Source of the DNA: a virus
Lineage: Duplodnaviria > Caudoviricetes
DNA: 64,000 bases
IMG/VR virus record: IMGVR_UViG_3300017963_000189
Reading direction: 5' to 3' (one strand)
Translations under genes and position numbers: made by a program
Part shown: in pieces, positions 8,461-17,541 of the stretch
Layout: each line of letters opens with the position of its first letter
Numbering within the stretch: position 1 is the stretch's first letter
Notes under the pieces: generated by a model
Seen by the model: only the letters and a program-made list of their open reading frames with translations
Database searches by the model: none
Told to the model about the DNA's origin: nothing

Positions 8461-10098
8461 TTAAACTTGATCAATATGACCCACATATATCTTCCCGTAA
8501 AATTCTGGCCTTACGATTTTCTTCGCGTAACGAGTCATAACGCCTCTGCGAGGAGTAAAATTATCAGGATCATAAATCAATGGAGTCATAATAAGTGGAA
8601 TGTAAGGTGAATACACAGCACCAGTTTCCAAGAAATTACTTCCTCTAAATCCGACCAAAGCGATATTTTCAGTAAGGTAAGGATTTTTGTAAACGGTGAA
8701 ACGTGAATTCAACATACCAACTTTTTGTACACCCATTGCGAATGATTGTTGGTTTCCATCAGTATCAGCAGCATATCCAGGAATAGATTCAATAACGGTA
8801 GCAACGTCAGGACTAACAACGATGAAGTTAGCTCCACCGCGAAGTGTTAATTGATGAATTTTGTTACTTACTTTTTGAATCTTATTTCCAAGAGTTTGAT
8901 ACCATTCATTCTTTGTACCAGTATGAGAACCAGCATCATAGAAATTGGTTTTACCATTGTTAATTTCATATCCAGGAAGAGCTGACCAGTAATCAGTAGT
9001 AATAGCGTTAGAAATAAGCATGTCAAGGATTTCTAAGTCAATTTCCATTCCAATATATTCACTCAAGAGAGCAGTTAACTCAGCTTCAGCGTCAATAGAG
9101 TGATATGCGTTCAAGTCTTGAGCCAATTCAGGAGTCCAAATAGCTTTCAACTTACGAGTTTTGGCGACGATAGGTTCTTGAGCAACCGACAAGTCGATTT
9201 CAGGAATATCAAGTTTAACAAGACTTCCAGACTCAGAAGTATCTTCGAAGTCACCACGAGTATCAGCAGTAGGTTGTTTGTGATAACGAATATCATATTC
9301 ACTTGCTGAGAAGTTAGCGAATGCAGCAGCACTACCAGAAACGATCCATCTTACTGTAGCACCAACTTGAGTTGTGTAAGCAGACAAATAAGATTGAATA
9401 CCACTACCACTAACAGAAAAAGCACGAACACCTTCGACATCAAGGTCAGATAAGTTACCAGTGTTATATGAAAGAGCGAAAAGTGTACCGGCAGCCATAG
9501 AAGCACTAATATGACCATCGTCAAAACCAACATCAGCCCATGTGACAGAAGCAGTAGCGAAAGCGTCACCACTTGGAGTAGTATCAAGATCAGCAGTTCC
9601 GCCATATCCATAATCATTAATTGAGTATCCGAAACGTCCACCACCGTAAAGACCACCAGTAGCTTCATCAGTCGTTCCAGGAGTTTTACCACCACCAGTT
9701 CCACCAAAAACAGATTGATTTTGGGTAAAACCAGGTTGTGTACCACTACCATACTTAAAGTCAATGTAAAATACAAGACCGGATGGTAAGTTCATAGGTT
9801 GAATCGATACGAATTCTTTAGCGGCAACTTCACCGAAAATTCTACGTACCAAAGGAAGAGCGACACCAGACCATTGTTCAGCACCACTACCACCAGTTTG
9901 AGAAACTTCGTCCAATAATTGGCGAGCTTGATTCTCTAATAGAATAGCCATTCCATAAATTTCATGTTCTTCGTTCATACCATCAAGAAGACCTGTTGGC
10001 TCCCATTTTTTCACGAGTCCACGAGTTTGCTCTAAAAGAGCATCATATGGATTTTGACCTTCCATTAATTTGTTTAAATTAAATAAGGTTTTACTCAT
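8461..10098 (-). CDS. gp23: Major capsid protein (T4 gp23-like)
   Basis: KKWEPTGLLDG, LPLVRR, VSIQPMNLPSGLVFY, AKTRKLKA.WTPELAQDLNAYHSIDAEAEL, YSPYIPL and RGVMTRYA motifs. Confidence 0.97.
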   Translation of the reverse strand: MSKTLFNLNKLMEGQNPYDALLEQTRGLVKKWEPTGLLDGMNEEHEIYGMAILLENQARQLLDEVSQTGGSGAEQWSGVALPLVRRIFGEVAAKEFVSIQPMNLPSGLVFYIDFKYGSGTQPGFTQNQSVFGGTGGGKTPGTTDEATGGLYGGGRFGYSINDYGYGGTADLDTTPSGDAFATASVTWADVGFDDGHISASMAAGTLFALSYNTGNLSDLDVEGVRAFSVSGSGIQSYLSAYTTQVGATVRWIVSGSAAAFANFSASEYDIRYHKQPTADTRGDFEDTSESGSLVKLDIPEIDLSVAQEPIVAKTRKLKAIWTPELAQDLNAYHSIDAEAELTALLSEYIGMEIDLEILDMLISNAITTDYWSALPGYEINNGKTNFYDAGSHTGTKNEWYQTLGNKIQKVSNKIHQLTLRGGANFIVVSPDVATVIESIPGYAADTDGNQQSFAMGVQKVGMLNSRFTVYKNPYLTENIALVGFRGSNFLETGAVYSPYIPLIMTPLIYDPDNFTPRRGVMTRYAKKIVRPEFYGKIYVGHIDQV

Positions 10099-10128
10099 TT
10101 TATTTCTCCATAATCATTTTAATTATCA

Positions 10129-11250
10129 TTACTTTTTGTTGTGATTAATAAGTTTGTGAATGCGGCTTTTCACTTCATTATCTTCATTGACGATTTGTTC
10201 TTTATCAACTTTCTTTTCAGAATCAGTTGATTGAACAACAGAAGAAGCACCTTCAACTAAACGTTGTGTTCTTTTGTTTTCTTTCTTTTCGCCAACCGCA
10301 AGGTTTTCCATAAGTGTAGCAAAAATAAGTTTTACTTCACGTACATTCTTAGCACGATCAAAATTCTCAATGACTTTAACCTTGGCTTTGTTGTCAAGAT
10401 TATAACCACGAAATACTTTATTCGTGAAAAGAAGTTTTGCATTCAAAATGTTCGTTTCGTTAATGACTTTACGTTGTTTTTTGATTGCAGATACAGCTTC
10501 ACCAAGTTGAGCTTTAAGTTCAGCTATTTGATTTTCAAGAGCAGCAATTTGTCCAGGATAATCGATTTCATCAGCTTCATCAACAAGACCTTCTAAGTCT
10601 AATTCTTCATCGTCCTCAACTTCATCTTCAACTTCAGGTTCTACTTCAACTTCAGGTTCTACATCAACTTCAGGTTCCGCTTCAACTTCGGCTTCAGGTT
10701 CAACTTCAATGTCAAGTTCTTCATCTTCGTCGTCGTCTTCTGTTACTTCCATTTCCATTTCATCTTCCGGTTCCATTTCCATTTCTACCTCGTCGTCAAC
10801 TTCAACTTCATCGTCGGCTTCTTCTTCTAATTCACTAATAACGGAATCAAGATCAAAATCCTCGTCCAACTCAACATCTTCAGTCAATCCAGAATCTTCT
10901 TGAGCTTTTTCACCAGCTTTAACTTCAGTTTCACCACCAGGATCTTCAGTAGTTTCTTCAGAAGAGGCTTTTGAAGGCTCTTTGTTATCACCTTGTCCAA
11001 TATCAGACGAATCTGCAACTTCCTCTAAAGATTCATCTTCAGTGAGACCGGAATCTTCTTGAGCCATTTCAAATTCTTCCTCTAATTCGACATCTTCCTC
11101 AACTTCATCCATCTCGGATTGAATTTTTTTGGTGATGACAGAATGAATTTGCGGTTCAAACGCTTCTTCAAGAGCAGCTTTAGCTTGTGCTACAGCCATT
11201 TCTCTCATAGCTTTTGCGTCTGCAATCGCTTCTTTAATTAAATTACTCAT
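10129..11250 (-). CDS. Prohead scaffolding protein (gp22-like)
   Basis: Start at 11250 (MSNLIKEAIADAKA, GGAGA SD); very acidic centre and coiled-coil C-terminus; immediately upstream of MCP. Confidence 0.8.
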   Translation of the reverse strand: MSNLIKEAIADAKAMREMAVAQAKAALEEAFEPQIHSVITKKIQSEMDEVEEDVELEEEFEMAQEDSGLTEDESLEEVADSSDIGQGDNKEPSKASSEETTEDPGGETEVKAGEKAQEDSGLTEDVELDEDFDLDSVISELEEEADDEVEVDDEVEMEMEPEDEMEMEVTEDDDEDEELDIEVEPEAEVEAEPEVDVEPEVEVEPEVEDEVEDDEELDLEGLVDEADEIDYPGQIAALENQIAELKAQLGEAVSAIKKQRKVINETNILNAKLLFTNKVFRGYNLDNKAKVKVIENFDRAKNVREVKLIFATLMENLAVGEKKENKRTQRLVEGASSVVQSTDSEKKVDKEQIVNEDNEVKSRIHKLINHNKK

Positions 11251-11258
11251 TACGTTTC

Positions 11259-11375
11259 TCCAATATTTTAATATGGAATTTAACACTATTCGGTGAGTGT
11301 CAATGACATTATAATAGTTACTACGTGACGTTATATAAGATAACGTATTTAGGTAGGTCTGATTTTTTCAAATCA
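11259..11375 (-). promoter_or_regulatory. Structured 5' leader of scaffold-MCP operon (candidate cis-regulatory RNA)
   Basis: Four hairpins: 11360-11375 (GAAA loop), 11328-11346, 11280-11303 and 11259-11277 (overlaps the SD). Confidence 0.5.
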
Positions 11376-11376
11376 T

Positions 11377-11387
11377 ATATAAATATA
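11377..11387 (-). promoter_or_regulatory. TATATTTATAT motif upstream of scaffold/MCP
   Basis: Exact 11-mer immediately downstream of a terminator. Confidence 0.65.
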
Positions 11388-11390
11388 TAG

Positions 11391-11425
11391 AAAAAAGCGA
11401 AACGTGCCATTTTTCACGTTCCGCT
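11391..11425 (-). terminator. Intrinsic terminator
   Basis: 11-bp stem AGCGGAACGTG/CACGTTTCGCT (one G-U) plus U6, after the stop at 11446. Confidence 0.85.
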
Positions 11426-11445
11426 AAAGAAAATAAAGAAACTTT

Positions 11446-11769
11446 TTATTTTAAAGAGTCCGTTTTAGAAATATTACCTTTACCAATAGTACCTTTTACT
11501 ACTACAGCGTTTCCTTTAGGAGTTATTTCTAAACCCTTTGGTTTTACGTGATGAATAACTATATCACTTTTCTTTTTCGCCAATCCTTTTTTCATGGCGG
11601 CCATGATCGCGTCCTCTTTTGATTTCGCTAACCAAATGTTCTTGTCCTTCGTCTTTGAAGAATCTAATGGAAGTTTTACATCACTTGTAGTTCCATGATA
11701 CAGCGTCGCTTCGTTTAAAAATTTATTAACTTCCTCTTTAATGATTTCTTTGAGTCTTTCCATTTTCAC
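11446..11769 (-). CDS. Small ADP-ribosyltransferase-fold-like protein with class-B leader
   Basis: After the leader (...FLNE): TLYHGT...NIWLA...A pattern recalled from H-x-T ART-like domains. GTG start with GGAGA SD; alternative ATG at 11763. Confidence 0.4.
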   Translation of the reverse strand: MKMERLKEIIKEEVNKFLNEATLYHGTTSDVKLPLDSSKTKDKNIWLAKSKEDAIMAAMKKGLAKKKSDIVIHHVKPKGLEITPKGNAVVVKGTIGKGNISKTDSLK

Positions 11770-11782
11770 TTTATTTCTCCAA

Positions 11783-12058
11783 TTATAATGATTGTCGCCG
11801 TGTCTCGTGTCTCTGACGAGCCTTAGCTTTAGAAAGTTTGTCTCGTTTGATTGCAGATGGTTTTGTGTATTGTTGTGTCTTTTGTATGTCCAACATTAAC
11901 TCACTATCTTTTATTATTCTCTTTAATTTCTTTAACGCATACTCTAAGGCTCGATCCTTATCAATCTTTTTATTTAATTCAACATAATAACCTCTTAACC
12001 GTATGTTATCTACATTCTCTGGCATAATACCTCCTGTTGTTTTGCTTCTTTGTGACAT
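11783..12058 (-). CDS. rpsU: Phage-encoded ribosomal protein bS21 homolog
   Basis: ALEYALKKLKR.IKDSE.M.DIQK.Q.YTKPS.IKR matches the bS21 pattern (ALRRFKR...RE.YEKPS..R). Alternative start at 12025 with GGAGG SD. Confidence 0.85.
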   Translation of the reverse strand: MSQRSKTTGGIMPENVDNIRLRGYYVELNKKIDKDRALEYALKKLKRIIKDSELMLDIQKTQQYTKPSAIKRDKLSKAKARQRHETRRQSL

Positions 12059-12069
12059 TTATATTACCT

Positions 12070-12372
12070 TTATTTTTTTAATCCTCGTGCTAATTCACGA
12101 TAAAATTTTGCTATTTTTTGAGCAGCCATAATGTCAAGAGACGCAAAAGCATCATGATAATCACTACTTTTAGGCTCCCTACTCGGCAACGCAGCAATTA
12201 ATTTTTCTTTCATTTCATCAGTATCATTTTGATCTAATAAATCAGTTACTGATACTATATCGTCAGCTATTCTTAATAAATAACTACTCACCACTCCAGC
12301 TACTCTATCAACTTTATCTTCCGTTATTAGAGTATTCTCATTTAAAATCTTGTTCCATTGTTCTTTTTTCAT
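12070..12372 (-). CDS. Hypothetical protein, class-C leader (MKKEQWNKILNENTL)
   Basis: ORF track; leader shared with 19160 and 19424. Confidence 0.75.
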   Translation of the reverse strand: MKKEQWNKILNENTLITEDKVDRVAGVVSSYLLRIADDIVSVTDLLDQNDTDEMKEKLIAALPSREPKSSDYHDAFASLDIMAAQKIAKFYRELARGLKK

Positions 12373-12373
12373 A

Positions 12374-13243
12374 TTATTTCACCTTGTTATATTCTCTCTC
12401 TTGAACAGAATCACCTAATACATAAGTGTTAAACAATACTTCTAATCCCGTTCCAGTTTTAAACTGAGCATTTAAGAACTTGTCTTTTTTGACAAACTTT
12501 TCCATTTTTTTCTTATCAAATTTAGCAGCTTCACTCAATCGACCAATGACTTTTGTCAAAGAGTTTGTTGGTACTTCCACTTCAAACAAACCAACATCCC
12601 CACCACCAACAGTCGCCATATTATCATTGATTTCATAAATCTTTACACTACCATTTCCTCTTGTTATTTCAGTATTAACTTTCTTAACATATCTTGGAGT
12701 TGGATTGTGTTTTCTAATGACATTCATATTGACTTTCGCCCGATCACCTTGATATAAAGTTGTGTCGGCGTTTGCGGTAACAGGTGGAGCTTCTTCAGCA
12801 ATCGAAGCAATCTCAAAATACCTGTTGAGAATATGACCCATATCTTCATATAAGGACGCCATACGATCTTGATGTTCTTGGACGGCAGACGCTACCTTAC
12901 CAAATTCACCGGAAAAGGTTTTCAATTCTTTCATATTTCGTTGAATAGTTACACCGTCAAACCAATCGTTAGCACCTTCGATTGTGTATTGTTCGGCGAA
13001 CGTAGCTATTTCACTTAACGATTTCGCTAAATCGACAAGATTTCCTTCACGATAAATCATTTTACCAAGTTTATTATATTCCTTAATAGAATTCATTATA
13101 CGTTCTTTTACATCAGCAGGAATTTCTTGTTTTTGTTCGAAATAGTTTTCCTCAATTAATTCTTTTCTCATTTCTTCTCTTGCTTCAAAATCTTTTTGTT
13201 CTTCTTTAGAAAAGAAATGATCTACTAATTTCTTTTTCGCCAT
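12374..13243 (-). CDS. Hypothetical head-associated protein
   Basis: 289 aa; helical N-half, then an SH3/KOW-like segment (YQGDRAKV) and a RLSE-delimited tail; GGGAG SD. Confidence 0.7.
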   Translation of the reverse strand: MAKKKLVDHFFSKEEQKDFEAREEMRKELIEENYFEQKQEIPADVKERIMNSIKEYNKLGKMIYREGNLVDLAKSLSEIATFAEQYTIEGANDWFDGVTIQRNMKELKTFSGEFGKVASAVQEHQDRMASLYEDMGHILNRYFEIASIAEEAPPVTANADTTLYQGDRAKVNMNVIRKHNPTPRYVKKVNTEITRGNGSVKIYEINDNMATVGGGDVGLFEVEVPTNSLTKVIGRLSEAAKFDKKKMEKFVKKDKFLNAQFKTGTGLEVLFNTYVLGDSVQEREYNKVK

Positions 13244-13286
13244 TTTATTACTCCCTTTATTTATTTACATTTTTTTCTTGACTTTT

Positions 13287-15098
13287 TCACTTTTTTTTCG
13301 TAAATTTCTTGATTTTCCCTTTTAAAATATTAACTAATTTATCTATATCTTCCTCAGTTTTTATCTTTTTCTTTGTTCCATATAATAACTCGGCATCAGA
13401 TCGTCCTCTCTTATCAGTACCAACAACCGCTATTTCTACCTCAACAATATTACCATATATTGATACATCCAACACAGTTTTCCAATCATCCGATTGTATA
13501 GATGTCCCTTTACCAGGAACTAAAGTTAAATTCCAACCTCTTTTTCCATAACGTCTAATTTTATTGTCTAATGTCTTTAGTTTTTTATCTAAAAGAGTAC
13601 CTATTCTTCTTTCACTTAATTCATTTTCTTCTGTTACTAATGTATTCTCTTTTAACTTATTTGGTTTAAACTGTATTCGTTGTCTCATTTTTCCTGGATA
13701 TGGTTCTAATTCAAGTGTATAACTACCATCATTGTTTTTATGTAACCACACACCATCATGTCCAGTCCCCAAACCAAAACCAGCTTTATTTAATTTAGCA
13801 ACCAACTTACCAGCATTCTTTAATGTCAATTCACCTTTAGATACCACTACTTCACCATCACCATTATCAGCAACATATTTAGACGCTTCATTCATCATTA
13901 TTTCTTTCACTACACTACGAATAACTTCTTTTATTTCGCCCATCATCATTTCATCATGGCGAAAATCTATGTACGCTTCCATACTTGGTTGATCATCAAT
14001 TTCACCGGATTGAATGTACATCAATGTATCTTTAGCTAATTCCTTCATTTCCTTAGCGTTATATTTATACTTTTTCTTAGCATACTTGAGTCCATCTTTT
14101 ACCATATCCTTGTCAGATTTGATTTCATTCACTCCCTCTCTGCGGGCTTTCTCTCCAGCAGATGCTTGAGCAAAATGTTTGTATTGTTTTTTAGTCATTC
14201 CACCTTTTTTACCACCTTTTTCTCCAGCACTGGCTTTAGCAAAATGTTTGTATTGTTTTGGAGTCATTTTTTCGTCAAGTATGTCGCCTTCTTTTAACTC
14301 GGATAAATCGGGCGCGTATATCATTTGAAACTTTGATCCAGGATTTTTTATCCGGTCTGCTTTCATCCTCGTCAAACAAGTATTCTTGGACGCAATACAT
14401 TGTACCACTCCATCACGAGTATATCCGTATTCAGCGTCAGTTGGTAAATCAGTTACAGTATTTTCCTCAACACTCTCTTTTATAGTTTTCAACATATCAA
14501 CAGGAATTACCATTTCACTACCCTTCATATGTCCAGTCAATATTTCAACATCGGCTAATTTGTCAGTCGAATAATTCATAATTCTTCCAGTGTCGCCTTT
14601 CAAACTTGTAAAGTTCTTAAAAAATTGTTTTGGAATATATTTCGATGTTACTTTATATATTTTTACTTTATCTCCGATACCTTCATTCATTGTACTCTCC
14701 TTTACAAGTAAATCTGCATTGTTGATATATCCTTTTTCTTTTCCAACTTTTACTATAGCGTACCCGCTCGCTGGAGCTTCGTCACTTACTTTACCCATTT
14801 TACCTTTATGTTTTCCATACATTACTTTAACTTTCGATCCAACAGGTATTTCACTATCAGGATATTCCTTAGAATAGTTTATCCAACCTTCATTTACACT
14901 CTCAGGAACTTCCTCAGGTAATCCCTTATGTTTTGTCTTAGCAAACTTTTCAGTATCCTTGTCTTTCATTGTTTTAGCAATACCTTTGATTTTATCCTGC
15001 AACGCCTTAGGAAGTTTACCCATTTCTAACTCACCCTTTTCATAGGCATGTACCATACCCATTAATCGTTGCTGCGATTTACTCACTGCTGGACACAT
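13287..15098 (-). CDS. Multi-module polyprotein (DUF3008-like N-terminus, KOW-like modules, tandem repeat)
   Basis: MCPAVSKSQQRLMG resembles DUF3008 (MPAKSKAQQ). Modules are separated by SVNE, TMNE, SVEE, ILDE, GVNE, MMNE and LSE sites. Confidence 0.7.
   Translation of the reverse strand: MCPAVSKSQQRLMGMVHAYEKGELEMGKLPKALQDKIKGIAKTMKDKDTEKFAKTKHKGLPEEVPESVNEGWINYSKEYPDSEIPVGSKVKVMYGKHKGKMGKVSDEAPASGYAIVKVGKEKGYINNADLLVKESTMNEGIGDKVKIYKVTSKYIPKQFFKNFTSLKGDTGRIMNYSTDKLADVEILTGHMKGSEMVIPVDMLKTIKESVEENTVTDLPTDAEYGYTRDGVVQCIASKNTCLTRMKADRIKNPGSKFQMIYAPDLSELKEGDILDEKMTPKQYKHFAKASAGEKGGKKGGMTKKQYKHFAQASAGEKARREGVNEIKSDKDMVKDGLKYAKKKYKYNAKEMKELAKDTLMYIQSGEIDDQPSMEAYIDFRHDEMMMGEIKEVIRSVVKEIMMNEASKYVADNGDGEVVVSKGELTLKNAGKLVAKLNKAGFGLGTGHDGVWLHKNNDGSYTLELEPYPGKMRQRIQFKPNKLKENTLVTEENELSERRIGTLLDKKLKTLDNKIRRYGKRGWNLTLVPGKGTSIQSDDWKTVLDVSIYGNIVEVEIAVVGTDKRGRSDAELLYGTKKKIKTEEDIDKLVNILKGKIKKFTKKK
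14149..14267 (-). repeat. Two-copy in-frame repeat (69-nt period; MTxKQYKHFAxASAGEK)
   Basis: Units at about 14149-14198 and 14218-14267 share GCAAAATGTTTGTATTGTTTT. Confidence 0.85.
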
Positions 15099-15111
15099 AT
15101 TTTATCTCCTA

Positions 15112-15672
15112 TTATCTTACACTATTTACAAGTTTATACGCTTGTTTCAACGCTTTAGCTGCGTGTTTAGCACTTTGAAATACTTCGTAATCTTCACCAA
15201 TGTTTACCAACTCATTCAATCCATCTTCAACATCGGCTAATAGATTTTTGTAGTATTTGTAATCAGGTTTTTCTTTCTCTTGTAATGGCTGTCCTTGTTC
15301 ATCAAGAAATTTTTCGCCTTTTTCATTAAATTGTCCAGGAAGTCCTTTAAACTCAAAATTATCTTCCCTTTTTGGCGACAATCCTACAACTTGACCCACT
15401 GGTAATAAACTTGAAATCATTACCATTCCTTCATCTAACTTTTCTTTTTTAGATGTTTTGTTTTCACCTACATTTTCTTTTAAAGGTTGTATTACATCAA
15501 TAGGTACAACAATCGTAGCACCTTTCCATTCACCATCTAACATTTTAATGGTTACAGAATCTTCAGGTTGAACTACTCCAGAATCACCTACAAATTTTTT
15601 AAAAGTGCTTCCCGAAATCTTCCCTTTGGCGCGATGAATTTTTACTTTATCACCGGGTTTAAATTTAGCCAT
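15112..15672 (-). CDS. Hypothetical protein: KOW-like N-terminus plus shared FEFKGLPGQFNE module
   Basis: FKPGDKVKI...VGDSGVV; about 47-aa module shared with 15686..16375. Confidence 0.75.
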   Translation of the reverse strand: MAKFKPGDKVKIHRAKGKISGSTFKKFVGDSGVVQPEDSVTIKMLDGEWKGATIVVPIDVIQPLKENVGENKTSKKEKLDEGMVMISSLLPVGQVVGLSPKREDNFEFKGLPGQFNEKGEKFLDEQGQPLQEKEKPDYKYYKNLLADVEDGLNELVNIGEDYEVFQSAKHAAKALKQAYKLVNSVR

Positions 15673-15685
15673 TTAATTTCTCCAT

Positions 15686-16375
15686 TTATTTAAAAGGTTG
15701 TATCTTTCCTAATTTTGACATTTCTTTTTCAAATGCTTTAAAAGCATCTTCAACTGTTTTTTCAATTTTCTTCGGATCGGCTTCTTTCATTTTGATAGTC
15801 CACGTATGATCATTACCAAAACCAAAACTAACTTGATAATAATCCCAAAGTTTTGTTATTCGAACAGGAAAATATGTATTTATTATATTTTTTGGACGAG
15901 GGCTTAAATATTCAGTATCCCTTTTTTCGTTTATAGTTTCTTCCTCAATCTTATTACCCATTTCATCTAATACCTTTACGCCTTCTTCGTTGAATTGACC
16001 AGGTAATCCCTTAAACTCAAAATTGTCTTTTCGTTCTGGCATTAAACCAATGACACCACCAACAGGTAAAAGGCTCGACATCATTACCATACCTTCATCA
16101 AGTTTTTGCTTACTTTCACTTACAACTTTTTTCGCAGCAGCAAGCACATCTTTTTGATTTGTTTCAATCTCCTTTACAGCAGCTACAAAGAATTTTTGAG
16201 CGACACCCTTTTCACTCTTAGCTTTTTTCTTCGCTTCCTCATACATATCAAGAAACATCTGTGACGCTTCTTTTTTGTCTTTAGCTTTCTCAATACTCTT
16301 TGCACGAATTGTCCAATCTTTAGTCAATTTTGCTACAGTAGCAATATCTTTAAAGAATCCTTCATCTAATTTCAT
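15686..16375 (-). CDS. Hypothetical multi-module protein (MKLDE leader)
   Basis: ORF track; AGGAGA SD; shared module; KLDE and TINE sites. Confidence 0.75.
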   Translation of the reverse strand: MKLDEGFFKDIATVAKLTKDWTIRAKSIEKAKDKKEASQMFLDMYEEAKKKAKSEKGVAQKFFVAAVKEIETNQKDVLAAAKKVVSESKQKLDEGMVMMSSLLPVGGVIGLMPERKDNFEFKGLPGQFNEEGVKVLDEMGNKIEEETINEKRDTEYLSPRPKNIINTYFPVRITKLWDYYQVSFGFGNDHTWTIKMKEADPKKIEKTVEDAFKAFEKEMSKLGKIQPFK

Positions 16376-16388
16376 TTTATATCTCCTA

Positions 16389-16694
16389 TTATAAATTTTC
16401 TATTTTTAACGCGGCTTTCCGTAGCGCCATTGTGATTTCTTCTAATAATATTTTATGAGCTTCATCAAAATTCTCTGGGCTAACATATTTACGAATATGA
16501 TCTTGACCCTTTGTAATACCACTTAAACCAGCTTTATGATTACCTATAAGAGCAACAACAATCGCGTCAGCCAACCAAGCAAGTGCTCGTTTGTCTATTA
16601 CTTCATTTACTTCATCTTTCATTTCTTGAAGGCGATAATCTCTCCATTTGAAACTCATATCGGTATATGTTTTTGCTTTCTTTTTATCTCTCAT
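16389..16694 (-). CDS. Hypothetical protein
   Basis: ORF track; in the operon; EVNE site. Confidence 0.7.
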   Translation of the reverse strand: MRDKKKAKTYTDMSFKWRDYRLQEMKDEVNEVIDKRALAWLADAIVVALIGNHKAGLSGITKGQDHIRKYVSPENFDEAHKILLEEITMALRKAALKIENL

Positions 16695-16698
16695 TGAA

Positions 16699-16914
16699 TT
16701 ACCCCTTATATTTTTTCTTCAATACATAAGCAACAAAAATTAACCATAACGGAACGATCAACGCGAACGGCCATCCAAATACGGCAGCAAGAAGTCCGCC
16801 ACCCGCAATCAATCCACACAACATTACAATCGTTTTCCAATGTTTGAATGAATATTCTTGAGCATCCTTGATCCACTCATTCCACTTTACCAAAAATTTT
16901 TCCCAAAAATTCAT
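16699..16914 (-). CDS. Small membrane protein (2 predicted TM, basic C-terminus; holin-like)
   Basis: Hydrophobic stretch IVMLCGLIAGGGLLAAVFGWPFALIVPLWLIFVAYVL followed by KKKYKG. Confidence 0.5.
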   Translation of the reverse strand: MNFWEKFLVKWNEWIKDAQEYSFKHWKTIVMLCGLIAGGGLLAAVFGWPFALIVPLWLIFVAYVLKKKYKG

Positions 16915-16916
16915 TT

Positions 16917-17525
16917 TTATTCTCCCATATCTATAAGAATATCAGTTACGATTTCTTGTACTTTACAATATTTGTTTACACATACTTGACCATACTTATC
17001 AACACTTTCTTGAATAGGTTTCATAAACGCACCGTGTGTCGATGGATTACTTACCATATCAAAAGCAATCAACTCAAAATCGTCTTGGACGACCGCACCA
17101 TGTTCAGCAGATTCTTGAACCGATCCCAACCCACGAGAAGAAATACCTACAAGAATACCACCTTTCAATAATTCTTGAAGAATTTTTCCTGCAGGAGTAT
17201 TCAACACTTCTATTGTACCGATTAAGTCTTTACCTTCCCAATGCATTTCAACTATATTATGACTTACATTAGCTAAGTTTACGACAGAAGAATCGGGATG
17301 ATCTAACTCACCCAATGCTCGTTTTTCGCCAATCAACTGTTCATATTTTTTCGCTTCCCTGGCGAGAATAGGTTGTGGATATACACGACCATTTTGATTT
17401 TGTGCTTCTGCTCGTTGTAATATACCCTTGATCAAAATCTTACCATTGTGTACTTTCATTGATTCTCGTATTACACCACCCGCTATTTCTAAAGGCATAT
17501 ACTCCGCTAATATCTGCTTATTCAT
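16917..17525 (-). CDS. gp21: Prohead core protease (T4 gp21-like)
   Basis: QRAEAQNQNGRVYP, ALGELDHP, VSH, GISSRGLGS and FDMVSNPSTHGA motifs. Confidence 0.95.
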   Translation of the reverse strand: MNKQILAEYMPLEIAGGVIRESMKVHNGKILIKGILQRAEAQNQNGRVYPQPILAREAKKYEQLIGEKRALGELDHPDSSVVNLANVSHNIVEMHWEGKDLIGTIEVLNTPAGKILQELLKGGILVGISSRGLGSVQESAEHGAVVQDDFELIAFDMVSNPSTHGAFMKPIQESVDKYGQVCVNKYCKVQEIVTDILIDMGE

Positions 17526-17541
17526 TCTTTATTCTCCACTA

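Noticed and set aside
10709-10903. Poly-Ser plus-strand ORF and (E/D)PEV repeats
   Set aside because: Antisense shadow of the acidic low-complexity linker of the scaffold; an ordinary scaffold feature.
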